A DNA stretch of 38,022 nucleotides, taken from positions 1 to 38,022 of IMG/VR virus record IMGVR_UViG_3300032320_000871; one strand, written 5' to 3'. Shown piece after piece: positions 8,781 to 16,940 of the stretch (positions are counted from its first letter, which is position 1; each line of letters opens with the position of its first letter). Under the pieces are notes generated by a model. It searched no databases and was not told the DNA's origin. It saw only the letters and a list, made by a program, of their open reading frames with translations. The position numbers were made by a program, and so were the translations under genes. Source of the DNA: a virus (taxonomy: Duplodnaviria; Caudoviricetes).

Positions 8781-10680
8781 TCTCACAAGCTCCAGCGGTA
8801 CAAGCTAAGGTCTGAGCGCCCTCGACGTTATCTGTGTTCTCTACCATCCCCTCCCAATCAATCGACTGAGGCATCTGAGATACCAGTTCCTCATAAGTCG
8901 CTTGATCGATGGATTCATATGGGGCTTGTCGGTAAGTTCCACCATCCATCGGCAGATACGAAACTCCAGTAATCTCATCAAAGTTCTCCCATGTCCACGC
9001 TCCTACCTTAGGCCACTCATTCTCATTGACTGAGATGGTCACTGAAGGCTTATGTTCACACCAGTGGCGCTGGAATGTCAACCACAAGTCCAAGTGTTCA
9101 ATAGCATTCAAGTCCTCACGTAGACGAGCACCCTCAGGTGTCTTCATCGGGAAGGAGAAGATAGCTGTTGACTCAGGCTTCATCACACAAGGCTCCCAAG
9201 GGAATCCAGCATCCTTCAAGAAAGTAGTGATTGGATCTTTGGCATCAGAGCGTACACGACGAATGAAATAAGCACTGTGTTGAGGATGAATACCGCTGGC
9301 AGTACCAGTAAGCTGACTAACCGTTCCCTCTGGCTTAACGCAGGTGATCGCAGCAGAAGCATTGATGCCAAGTTCAGCAGCAAGAGACTTATTAGTATCC
9401 ACAGCAACATTCTTCAGCTCCTCCAAACGTGCTGGCAGATCCTTGTCGTAGGCATCATTGAGCAATGTATTGTCTAGGATACCTGTCATGGAGACACCCA
9501 ACAAACGCTCTTCCTCAGTGTTAGTCTGCCACACCTTACGAAGATACGGGAAGCTAGTCAAGGTCGATTGGAAGGTTCCCAAGATTGTCGCAATAGCAAC
9601 TTTTTCTTTAAGAGACTCCAATGTATCCCCCGAACGCACAATAACTGAACTGAGGTTGCAAAATTGGTAAGGCCGGAGAATGATTTCAGAACAAGGGTTA
9701 GTACCCCATTCTTTACCCAATACACGGCGACCATTCTTAGATGCTTGAATTTCCGAAGCATAGCGGTTAAAGATTCCACGTTCACCTGAGTGGCTTTCAT
9801 AAATATTGCTCCATTCACGCATAAACTGACCTACGTCAGGCTTGACATCGTACACTGCTGAGTTGTTAGCTAAGGCACGTTGACCATTACCGTCCCACCA
9901 GTTACCAGCTTTAGCGTGAGCCATGCGATCATCGTCTAAGTCAGACAGAGAGATCATCGCTGATCGACGAACTCCACCGACAACCACAACTTCTCCAATT
10001 TTACACAGAATATCATGTGCTTCAATCGAGAAGAGCTTGCGCCCTTGGGCAGCTTTAAACTTAGCGACCACGTATTTAAAGAGTTCAACCAACGGCTCTG
10101 GGCCACTCGCACGTCCCCCGAACGTCTTGAGGCGTGTGCCAGCAGGACGCACAGCAGAGACATCCCACTTAGGGACTTCGCCAGCCCATAGGAGTGCCAT
10201 GACCTGACGGAGAGCCTTTGCCCATCCTTCCTTGGAGTCTTTAACGTGAACCACAGTATTAGACTCATAAAGCTTCTCAGGAATTTCAGGTAAACGATTG
10301 ACATACTTACGCTCCACAGAGAAACCTACGCCTGTACCACACAGGAGGATGTACATAGCCTCATCGAAGGCTTTAGGGTCGTCGATGGGCAGGAATGAAC
10401 AGTTGTAACCAGCTACGTTCTGACGCTCCAGAGCCTCGCCTGAGGTCATGATTGAGCGCATCGAGGGCATAACATCCAAGTTGATCACTGCATTCTCTAA
10501 GCGGCTACGCAACTCAGGTGTCAAAGTGTAGTTATGCTTGTCACTTAGGTGACTCTCCATGAAGTCAAAGTAGCGTTTAGCTGTCTCGTGCCAGTGTTCA
10601 CGGCGGCCTTTATCGTCTAGGTATCGTGAATAGCGCGATTTTGCTATGTAAGTTTGGTAGGGGGTCATTGCTGATGTCAT
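8770..10680 (-). CDS. nrdJ: Class II (adenosylcobalamin-dependent) ribonucleotide reductase
   Basis: YNCSF, GTGVGFSV, GGVRRSAMI, GTNPCSEI (thiyl-radical Cys), TCVKPEGTVSQL and C-terminal CTAGAC redox pair; no nrdB present. Confidence 0.93.
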   Translation of the reverse strand: MTSAMTPYQTYIAKSRYSRYLDDKGRREHWHETAKRYFDFMESHLSDKHNYTLTPELRSRLENAVINLDVMPSMRSIMTSGEALERQNVAGYNCSFLPIDDPKAFDEAMYILLCGTGVGFSVERKYVNRLPEIPEKLYESNTVVHVKDSKEGWAKALRQVMALLWAGEVPKWDVSAVRPAGTRLKTFGGRASGPEPLVELFKYVVAKFKAAQGRKLFSIEAHDILCKIGEVVVVGGVRRSAMISLSDLDDDRMAHAKAGNWWDGNGQRALANNSAVYDVKPDVGQFMREWSNIYESHSGERGIFNRYASEIQASKNGRRVLGKEWGTNPCSEIILRPYQFCNLSSVIVRSGDTLESLKEKVAIATILGTFQSTLTSFPYLRKVWQTNTEEERLLGVSMTGILDNTLLNDAYDKDLPARLEELKNVAVDTNKSLAAELGINASAAITCVKPEGTVSQLTGTASGIHPQHSAYFIRRVRSDAKDPITTFLKDAGFPWEPCVMKPESTAIFSFPMKTPEGARLREDLNAIEHLDLWLTFQRHWCEHKPSVTISVNENEWPKVGAWTWENFDEITGVSYLPMDGGTYRQAPYESIDQATYEELVSQMPQSIDWEGMVENTDNVEGAQTLACTAGACEIAF

Positions 10681-10937
10681 TGTTGTTTGCTTTTCTCTAG
10701 TTCAATTAGTTTTTCGAGGTAATGGATTGCCTTTTGGAGGTCGGCTATACCGCCCTTGTCTTTCCAGCGGGACACGTATTTTACACAGTTTCCCTCAAAA
10801 TAGCCAATGTTATTTGCATAAATGTAGTCCCAAGGCTGAATTTCTTTCTCCTTGTAATGATTTCCACTTACTTGTTTAGCATTAGCGCTACTTAAACCTG
10901 CTTTATACTCTTCAATCTCTTTGAGTGTTGGTTTCAT
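10677..10937 (-). CDS. DUF3310 family protein (T7 gp1.7-like putative nucleotide kinase)
   Basis: QVSGNHY...IQPWDYI...GNCVKYVSRWKDKGGIADLQKAIHYL signature. Confidence 0.85.
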   Translation of the reverse strand: MKPTLKEIEEYKAGLSSANAKQVSGNHYKEKEIQPWDYIYANNIGYFEGNCVKYVSRWKDKGGIADLQKAIHYLEKLIELEKSKQQ

Positions 10938-11697
10938 TATGTGAGTACTTTCGTTCTAAATATTCAATGGAGAGAAACATTTCATCGAAGTGTCCGTCAT
11001 CTACTTCGTTCATCACCAGTAGGCCCCTCCAGTGGCGGTTACTGAGCTGATCCATATAATCCTCGTCATGAAGGTAATAAGAGCCAGCAACAATAGCGCA
11101 AATAGGCTTTCCATCAGCACGTTTGCCGTAGGCGATTTGTTTACCTTGTTGATGACCAGCGACACAAGACATATGAAGCTTGCTAATGATAGCGGCAGGA
11201 GAAGCAGCAGGGCGTCCCATAGCTCCAACAGGCCAGTAATGGTTAAAACCGACACCATTGATAAAAACAGGATGTAAGAATTCATGTACTTCCCAATCTT
11301 TCAAGTTGAGGTCATCGTAGGTCAGTAGACCTTCAAGCATGGGGTTGTTGTTCACAGCCCTCGTGAGTCGATTCTCATGGTTGCCCTTCAAGAACACCAT
11401 ACGGGGCTTGTAGACCTTCTGTTTGTTCTCCTTCTGAGCCTTCTGGAGCGCATGAAGAGGGTTCAGTAAGGTCAGCATCCCTGTGTTACCAGCTGCTACG
11501 TCAGCTAAGTAGCGTTTACCTTCAAAGTACTTGCTACCTGCTTTGTCGTGGCTTGAGAGACTAGGGAAGTCCCAATGATCACCGAGGTGAACTACGACAT
11601 CAGGACGGTACTCACAGATTGCTTTCCCTGCCCATGTGAGATGCTCTTGTGGGGCATCCGGTTTAGCTTGTGTGTCTGGAATGACTAAGATCCTCAT
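10912..11697 (-). CDS. Calcineurin-like metallophosphoesterase
   Basis: IPDTQ, HLGDHWD, GNHE and GHQQ metal-binding motifs. Confidence 0.88.
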   Translation of the reverse strand: MRILVIPDTQAKPDAPQEHLTWAGKAICEYRPDVVVHLGDHWDFPSLSSHDKAGSKYFEGKRYLADVAAGNTGMLTLLNPLHALQKAQKENKQKVYKPRMVFLKGNHENRLTRAVNNNPMLEGLLTYDDLNLKDWEVHEFLHPVFINGVGFNHYWPVGAMGRPAASPAAIISKLHMSCVAGHQQGKQIAYGKRADGKPICAIVAGSYYLHDEDYMDQLSNRHWRGLLVMNEVDDGHFDEMFLSIEYLERKYSHNETNTQRD

Positions 11698-12209
11698 GCG
11701 AAGAGATCCTTAGTTGGCTTGTTGAAAGGCAGTGTCTCGTAGACCTCAGGGAAGGCCAACAGAAGCTGCTGAAGTACCTTATCGTTGAGGCTTCGTCCAT
11801 AACCAGCGAAGGGCTTACCTGTTAACTCATCAACTTCATTGAGGGGGAACTCAACCGAGTAGTATACTTGCTCTTTGATGTCATAGCCGTAGTGCTTGCT
11901 CATCTCGTCTAGGATACGGTCTAGGACTTCCATCCAAGTAGTTTCATGAGGCGCGATAATGATGGACTCTTTGATAGGATGTACAACACCACACTCATCA
12001 ATCCACTCGTGAGTCACCATCTCGAAAGCCCAGTAGTCATCATGCATGAGCTTAGGATGGTCTTCCTCTGCTACGAAGGCTACAGGCTTAGTCCATAAGG
12101 ACATGAAGTGATTCTGTGTCGATGCCACAGCAGCTCTAAACTGATCAAACATAGTTAACTCCTTTGGTTTGTTCTTTACGATTGCATGAAAGTATTCATT
12201 AAGTGTCAT
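11694..12209 (-). CDS. Hypothetical protein
   Basis: Long ORF in the operon; ATG 12209 with SD GGAG preferred over the track start 12266. Confidence 0.7.
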   Translation of the reverse strand: MTLNEYFHAIVKNKPKELTMFDQFRAAVASTQNHFMSLWTKPVAFVAEEDHPKLMHDDYWAFEMVTHEWIDECGVVHPIKESIIIAPHETTWMEVLDRILDEMSKHYGYDIKEQVYYSVEFPLNEVDELTGKPFAGYGRSLNDKVLQQLLLAFPEVYETLPFNKPTKDLFA

Positions 12210-12405
12210 TGAAGTCTCCGTCAACAGGATGATACACCACCCATTGTGTCTCAAAGATTCCATCACCGTAATCCCTGATGACCTTAGATGTTGTAATTAA
12301 ACGACACCCTAGTCTAGGATGGTCAGTCACGTAGACTTTGTAGCACCCGCCCATCCAGTCAGGCTTAAACGGGGGATCTTTGTAGTGGACTATTAGCTTA
12401 CTCAT
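12199..12405 (-). CDS. Hypothetical protein
   Basis: 68 aa with DHPRLG..ITTSKVI...FET motif seen in small phage proteins; overlaps both neighbours. Confidence 0.7.
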   Translation of the reverse strand: MSKLIVHYKDPPFKPDWMGGCYKVYVTDHPRLGCRLITTSKVIRDYGDGIFETQWVVYHPVDGDFNDT

Positions 12406-12685
12406 AGTTATCCCAACTTGTCAAAACAAAGGACAACTTGTAATAAGGCTTTCCATCAATAGTTCGTTTCTCAGCGTAAAAACCACCAGTGCCATTAGCA
12501 GCTGTTTCGTGAGGAATTAACCACTTCAACAAGCCCCTAGCTGTTTTACGAAGTTCGCCAATAGAAGGGTACTCAGAAGGATTGCCCCATGTCCATTCTA
12601 ACAAAGCCATTGCCTTTTGTACTTCATTAAAGTCAAACTCATCTAGAATGTCTTCAATAATAGTTAAATCGTCAGGTTTCGACAT
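12398..12685 (-). CDS. Hypothetical protein
   Basis: MSKPDDLTIIEDILDEFDFNEVQKAM..LEWTW...PSIGELR; ATG 12685 with SD AGGG. Confidence 0.7.
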   Translation of the reverse strand: MSKPDDLTIIEDILDEFDFNEVQKAMALLEWTWGNPSEYPSIGELRKTARGLLKWLIPHETAANGTGGFYAEKRTIDGKPYYKLSFVLTSWDNYE

Positions 12686-12827
12686 CGTACTTTTTCCCTT
12701 CTTCGATTCCTCGCTTGAGCATCTCAATGAAGGCAAAGCGAATCAGATCTGCTTGCTCTTGATCACTCAAGTTGATATGGAAGTCTGCACTGCCATCATC
12801 ATTCTCCTTGATTAATTCTATGTCCAT
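12672..12827 (-). CDS. Hypothetical protein (51 aa); not in ORF track
   Basis: MDIELIKENDDGSADFHINLSDQEQADLIRFAFIEMLKRGIEEGKKYDVET*; SD AGGAG. Confidence 0.75.
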   Translation of the reverse strand: MDIELIKENDDGSADFHINLSDQEQADLIRFAFIEMLKRGIEEGKKYDVET

Positions 12828-13254
12828 TGTGAACACTCCTTCTACGTTCTTTAAGCCAATCTTCAGGAATTACTTTATCAGCGTACATATACCCGTTCTT
12901 GACGCACCACATAGCATACGTTGTCCGTGATGCTTTACTTAGACGCTGTTTACTATTCGAGAATACAAAACGAATGTCTAAGTGAGGATGCTGTCGTTTA
13001 ACGAGCATGTGCTTCTGACGATCTAGAGCAGTGAATAGCCCTTTAGTCTCGATGATGATACCGTTGTCAAGTACGAAGTCAGGTGTGTACTGGTGTTCAC
13101 TCGCTGGCTTGATGTACTTAACTTTGGTCTTCTCATACGTGAAAGGGATACCCGCTTCAGTGAGAGCATTAGCGACCTTCTCCTCTAAGCCACTACGCCA
13201 ACCATGTCTGATAGCGTTAGCTCTTACGTCACTTGTTGTCTTACGAGTTACCAT
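12799..13254 (-). CDS. Endonuclease I / Holliday junction resolvase (T7 gp3-like)
   Basis: RSGLEEKV, YTPDF, IETKG, HPHLDIRFVFSN motifs. Confidence 0.93.
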   Translation of the reverse strand: MVTRKTTSDVRANAIRHGWRSGLEEKVANALTEAGIPFTYEKTKVKYIKPASEHQYTPDFVLDNGIIIETKGLFTALDRQKHMLVKRQHPHLDIRFVFSNSKQRLSKASRTTYAMWCVKNGYMYADKVIPEDWLKERRRSVHNGHRINQGE

Positions 13255-13537
13255 TTATCCTAGTCCGTTCGTATTGATGAAGTAGAGCGCCGAAGGCATC
13301 TACGAAGATCTCATCGTGCTGCGTATGTCCCATAGCGAACATGATAGCGTGGACGAGTTCATGGCAGAATGTCTGTTCAGTGAAGTTCTTGTTCATACCT
13401 GAGCGAAGATAGATGATGAATGTAGCACAATCACACTTACCGTACTCGCTCAAGTCCTCTACGTACTTGACTGTCCACTCACATCCAACAAGGTAGAAAG
13501 ATGAGGGCACGTTTGGTTTGGTGTTCTTCGCAACCAT
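13241..13537 (-). CDS. Small HExxH metallopeptidase-like protein
   Basis: TFCHELVHAI..GHTQHDE; true start may be GTG 13510. Confidence 0.7.
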   Translation of the reverse strand: MVAKNTKPNVPSSFYLVGCEWTVKYVEDLSEYGKCDCATFIIYLRSGMNKNFTEQTFCHELVHAIMFAMGHTQHDEIFVDAFGALLHQYERTRINGNS

Positions 13538-14181
13538 AAAAGTCCTAGGTTTTCATCGACACGAAGTTGATTACCATCGTAAGCTTTGAGACAAGCGTCA
13601 TAGTATTCCTTTTCAGTTTTACAGTCCTGTAGAAGCTTCTCTGCCTTCTTAGGCCCAATGCCCTTCAAGCCAATGATATTGTCAATACGATCCCCTGTGA
13701 GCACCTGAGTGAATAAGTTACGAAGACCTTCCTCTTCAGTAACGTAGTATTCCTCATGCTTCACGAAGTTGTAGTGCCAACCAGCGACTTGATCTAGGTC
13801 TTTGTCAATGGAGACAATCCATCCACCCGTCTTAGTTGCCTCGATAGCCACTGCATCGTCAGCTTCTTGACCTTCAACCAGTTCTGCCCCTAGGCGCTGG
13901 AGATGGTTTCTGATAGCTTCGTAATGCACTGGCTTCTTAGCATCCTTCCTGTTCCCTTTGTAAGGCTCAGTGACTGCTATCTCATTGCGAAAGTTTCCTC
14001 GACCTGTGATGTACGCTTTGTAGTCGTCACACTTCAGATCTTGGTAAACAATCTCATTGACTAGCTGAGTCACACGAGCCAAACAGATAGCCTCATCAAC
14101 GTCTTCACTGGCAAACCCAACACGATAGGTTATGATGTCAGCGTCGATGATGGCTAACTTAGGTTTCTCAGAGAGCGTCAT
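13459..14181 (-). CDS. 5'-3' exonuclease / RNase H (T7 gp6-like)
   Basis: IIDAD, PYKGNR, EADD, SIDKDL, GDRIDNIIGLKGIGPKKA motifs. Confidence 0.92.
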   Translation of the reverse strand: MTLSEKPKLAIIDADIITYRVGFASEDVDEAICLARVTQLVNEIVYQDLKCDDYKAYITGRGNFRNEIAVTEPYKGNRKDAKKPVHYEAIRNHLQRLGAELVEGQEADDAVAIEATKTGGWIVSIDKDLDQVAGWHYNFVKHEEYYVTEEEGLRNLFTQVLTGDRIDNIIGLKGIGPKKAEKLLQDCKTEKEYYDACLKAYDGNQLRVDENLGLLWLRRTPNQTCPHLSTLLDVSGQSST

Positions 14182-14584
14182 CGTCCGCAGTGGTTGTCTC
14201 AGGCACGTAAGTCTTCACTTCAGTGACCATGATCGTCTTCAGCGATGGAGCATTACCGTGTTTAGCTGACATACGGTGTGTGTATGAACCTACGATAGCT
14301 ACGCACTTAGAACCGTTACCGAGAGCTTCGATAGGAATTTCTTGGAGCTTATCGTCAGTAGGCTTGAACAAGTACTTGCTCTTAGCGACGATGAAGTTAC
14401 CCATTGCATCCTTGTGCTTGACTTTGATGCCTAGCCCAGTGAGCTTCGCTGCATCATCATCGGAGATATTACCGATGGTGCATTCGTAGCGATCATTGTC
14501 GGTATTGAATGCTGTGTTGAATTCAGCCATCCACTTACTCCAGAAGAGTTCACCTTGGATTTTAACTGCTTTGAGATCTGACAT
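14168..14584 (-). CDS. Single-stranded DNA-binding protein (putative)
   Basis: OB-fold-like pattern (IQGELFW..., GNGSK), acidic tail ADDDAL, position between polymerase and exonuclease. Confidence 0.65.
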   Translation of the reverse strand: MSDLKAVKIQGELFWSKWMAEFNTAFNTDNDRYECTIGNISDDDAAKLTGLGIKVKHKDAMGNFIVAKSKYLFKPTDDKLQEIPIEALGNGSKCVAIVGSYTHRMSAKHGNAPSLKTIMVTEVKTYVPETTTADDDAL

Positions 14585-14622
14585 ATCTGTGTTTCCTATC
14601 ACTTAGTTAGGCCGTAGCCCTG

Positions 14623-14808
14623 TTACTGTAAATAACTACCTTCTCGACGAGAGATAGCTTCTGCTTCATCCTCGATGTAATCTAGGGCTGCTGAGAGCAC
14701 CAAGTATACCTCAAGGAGATCTAGATCATCGCTATGCAATAAAGTGAAAGAATTCTCACCTATGTTCAGCATGATCTGAGATTTTAATTTATCTGATCTG
14801 TCTATCAA
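14623..14808 (-). CDS. Hypothetical protein
   Basis: TTG start overlapping the polymerase TGA (alternative ATG 14772); acidic. Confidence 0.55.
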   Translation of the reverse strand: MIDRSDKLKSQIMLNIGENSFTLLHSDDLDLLEVYLVLSAALDYIEDEAEAISRREGSYLQ

Positions 14809-16535
14809 TGGGTTTCCCTCCAATTTCGGCCCACCTTGTATTCCCCATCTAGAGGGCATCGTAGATTATACGCTATCCCTGCTTCCTTGATTGATTGTAC
14901 AGCAGCTTTGCCAACTACGTCAGCTACGTCTGGTGAACACTCTATCTGCCACTCATCGTGAACATTAGCTGTGAACTTAGCGTCAATCTTGTTGCGTCTA
15001 AACTTCTCATCTAAGATCACTAGAGCCTTCTTCATAACGATTGCACCTGCGCCTTGAAGTAAGCTATTGAGTGCCGCATGTTCAGAGCGAACCCAAATCT
15101 TACGACCATCAAGCCCCGGTACATAGCCCTTGGACGCATATACGGATACTTTATCACGTAGACGTTGCAACGAGGGAGTCCCTTTAAGAAAGGCATCGAT
15201 GAGCTTCTGTCCAGCACTAGCACTACCACCGACAATCGAGCCAATCTTCGCTGGCCCTGCACCGTAGAGGAACGCATAGATGAACGTCTTCGCTTGGTCA
15301 CGAGTTTGTAGTCCGGCTGCTTTCTGATTAACCGTGTGGACATCCGTTCCGTCCTTAGAGCTTCCCTCGGTGACTGTCTTGACATACGCTTCATCCTTCA
15401 TGTAATGGGCTAACATTCGTAGCTCTAGGCCACTAGCGTCAGCACCCACTAGAACATTACCTTCCTCAACCGTCCAGCACTGACGACATTCAGGGCCATA
15501 AGGTGATCCTGAGTTAGGGATCTGTGCCATGTTAGGCTTCATGTGAGTCATACGGCCTGTTACAGCTCCATTGGTGATGACTCTTCCGTGTACCCTGCCG
15601 TCCTTGCCTACAACCTCTAACCACGATTCAATCTGAGCGATGCGTTTACCGAGCATCATGTACTCAGCGATCAACTGAGCGATGGGATACTTCAGAGACA
15701 TCAGCACAGCTTCATCGACAATAGCCTGACCTTGTGGGTAGTTAGCTGTAGGCTCAGTGAACTTCTTAGGTTTCCACCCAAGGCCAATGAGCTTCTCAGC
15801 TATCTGTTGTCTACTAGCTGGATTGAATACCACCACTTCAGGCTTGAGAACCTTCCCTGTCTTTTCAGAGATGCGCTCAACCTCATACGGTGGATAGAGA
15901 TCCTGCATTTTGTCATTGATGGCACTCATCTTCCCCTTGAGTTCAGCTAGTAAGCACGTAGCGTGAATGGCGTCTAGTTTGAATCCATTCTTCTCTTGCT
16001 TGTTGATTATGGAAGCAACTTGATGTTCCAATTCCACACTTTCTTGAGAGAAGCCTTTATCCACAATGAGAGTTTCCAGACGAGTAAATAGAGACCGTAG
16101 AACGCTAACATCACGTAGGCAATAATGCTCAAGAAGAACATCAACAGGCGCATCAAAGCATTCCCCAGAGTATGCTTCATTTCTGTTCATCATCCATTGC
16201 CACGTTGCCTTGTAGTCCAGCTTCTTGACTCCGAGGGTTTGTCCCCATGCGTCTAGGCTGTGACCGTTCTCTCGTGTTGGCTCTATTAGCCTTGACACTA
16301 CGAGTGTGTCGTATGCTTGCTTCAGTCCAATCTTGGTCTTCCAGAGCTTGTTTAAGATCGGAAAGTCGAAGGATATTCCGTTGTGAGCTGCGATCAACGT
16401 AGCGTCCTTTAAGTAATCCCAAAGCCCTGTTGGATTGTTCCATGTACGTACTTCTCCTGTATCAATGTCTTGTGTGACGCATAGGTGGATTACGCTATGA
16501 GCCATGTTTGTTTCGATGTCGAGAGCAATTCTCAT
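14805..16535 (-). CDS. DNA polymerase family A (T7 gp5-like) with 3'-5' exonuclease domain
   Basis: LDIET exonuclease motif; GAVTGRMTH, GADASGLELR, RDQAKTFIYAFLYG and VHDE motifs; start MRIALD at 16535 overlaps the upstream TGA. Confidence 0.95.
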   Translation of the reverse strand: MRIALDIETNMAHSVIHLCVTQDIDTGEVRTWNNPTGLWDYLKDATLIAAHNGISFDFPILNKLWKTKIGLKQAYDTLVVSRLIEPTRENGHSLDAWGQTLGVKKLDYKATWQWMMNRNEAYSGECFDAPVDVLLEHYCLRDVSVLRSLFTRLETLIVDKGFSQESVELEHQVASIINKQEKNGFKLDAIHATCLLAELKGKMSAINDKMQDLYPPYEVERISEKTGKVLKPEVVVFNPASRQQIAEKLIGLGWKPKKFTEPTANYPQGQAIVDEAVLMSLKYPIAQLIAEYMMLGKRIAQIESWLEVVGKDGRVHGRVITNGAVTGRMTHMKPNMAQIPNSGSPYGPECRQCWTVEEGNVLVGADASGLELRMLAHYMKDEAYVKTVTEGSSKDGTDVHTVNQKAAGLQTRDQAKTFIYAFLYGAGPAKIGSIVGGSASAGQKLIDAFLKGTPSLQRLRDKVSVYASKGYVPGLDGRKIWVRSEHAALNSLLQGAGAIVMKKALVILDEKFRRNKIDAKFTANVHDEWQIECSPDVADVVGKAAVQSIKEAGIAYNLRCPLDGEYKVGRNWRETH

Positions 16536-16678
16536 TTGAGGTTTATAAATAGTCCGATTTGAGCGAATGAGTAACCGATCCACATGATACCAGCACCCAT
16601 GTCACCCTTGAGCCACTGTAGCACACCTACAACGGAGTAACCGATACCGATAGTCCCCACGATAATCATTTCAATCAT
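16532..16678 (-). CDS. Small membrane protein (48 aa); not in ORF track
   Basis: MIEMIIVGTIGIGYSVVGVLQWLKGDMGAGIMWIGYSFAQIGLFINLK*; SD AGGAG. Confidence 0.75.
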   Translation of the reverse strand: MIEMIIVGTIGIGYSVVGVLQWLKGDMGAGIMWIGYSFAQIGLFINLK

Positions 16679-16940
16679 CTAGGTTCTCCTGTGGAAGTAC
16701 ACGATACTTATACAAACCATTATTTATGTATTTCTTTTCAACTTTATGACCCCCAAAGCGTGGTTTTCTCAAATGCCTTAATTGAGCACTAATACTTGCT
16801 TCTGGATCACCAGTTAAAAGTGAAATTTCATTTAATGTGCGCCATTGACGGTCTTTAACAATATCCCAAATTCTTAGAAGTTGACCTGTTAATCGAGAAT
16901 CATCACGTTCAGGATTGTAATCGTGTCCATTAAATCTCAT
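16671..16940 (-). CDS. Winged helix-turn-helix DNA-binding protein
   Basis: WRTLNEISLLTGDPEASISAQLRHLRK HTH followed by a beta wing (VEKKYINNGLYKYRV). Confidence 0.75.
   Translation of the reverse strand: MRFNGHDYNPERDDSRLTGQLLRIWDIVKDRQWRTLNEISLLTGDPEASISAQLRHLRKPRFGGHKVEKKYINNGLYKYRVLPQENLDD

Noticed and set aside
16057-16065. Second DnaA box
   Set aside because: Inside the polymerase coding sequence with no supporting context; likely chance
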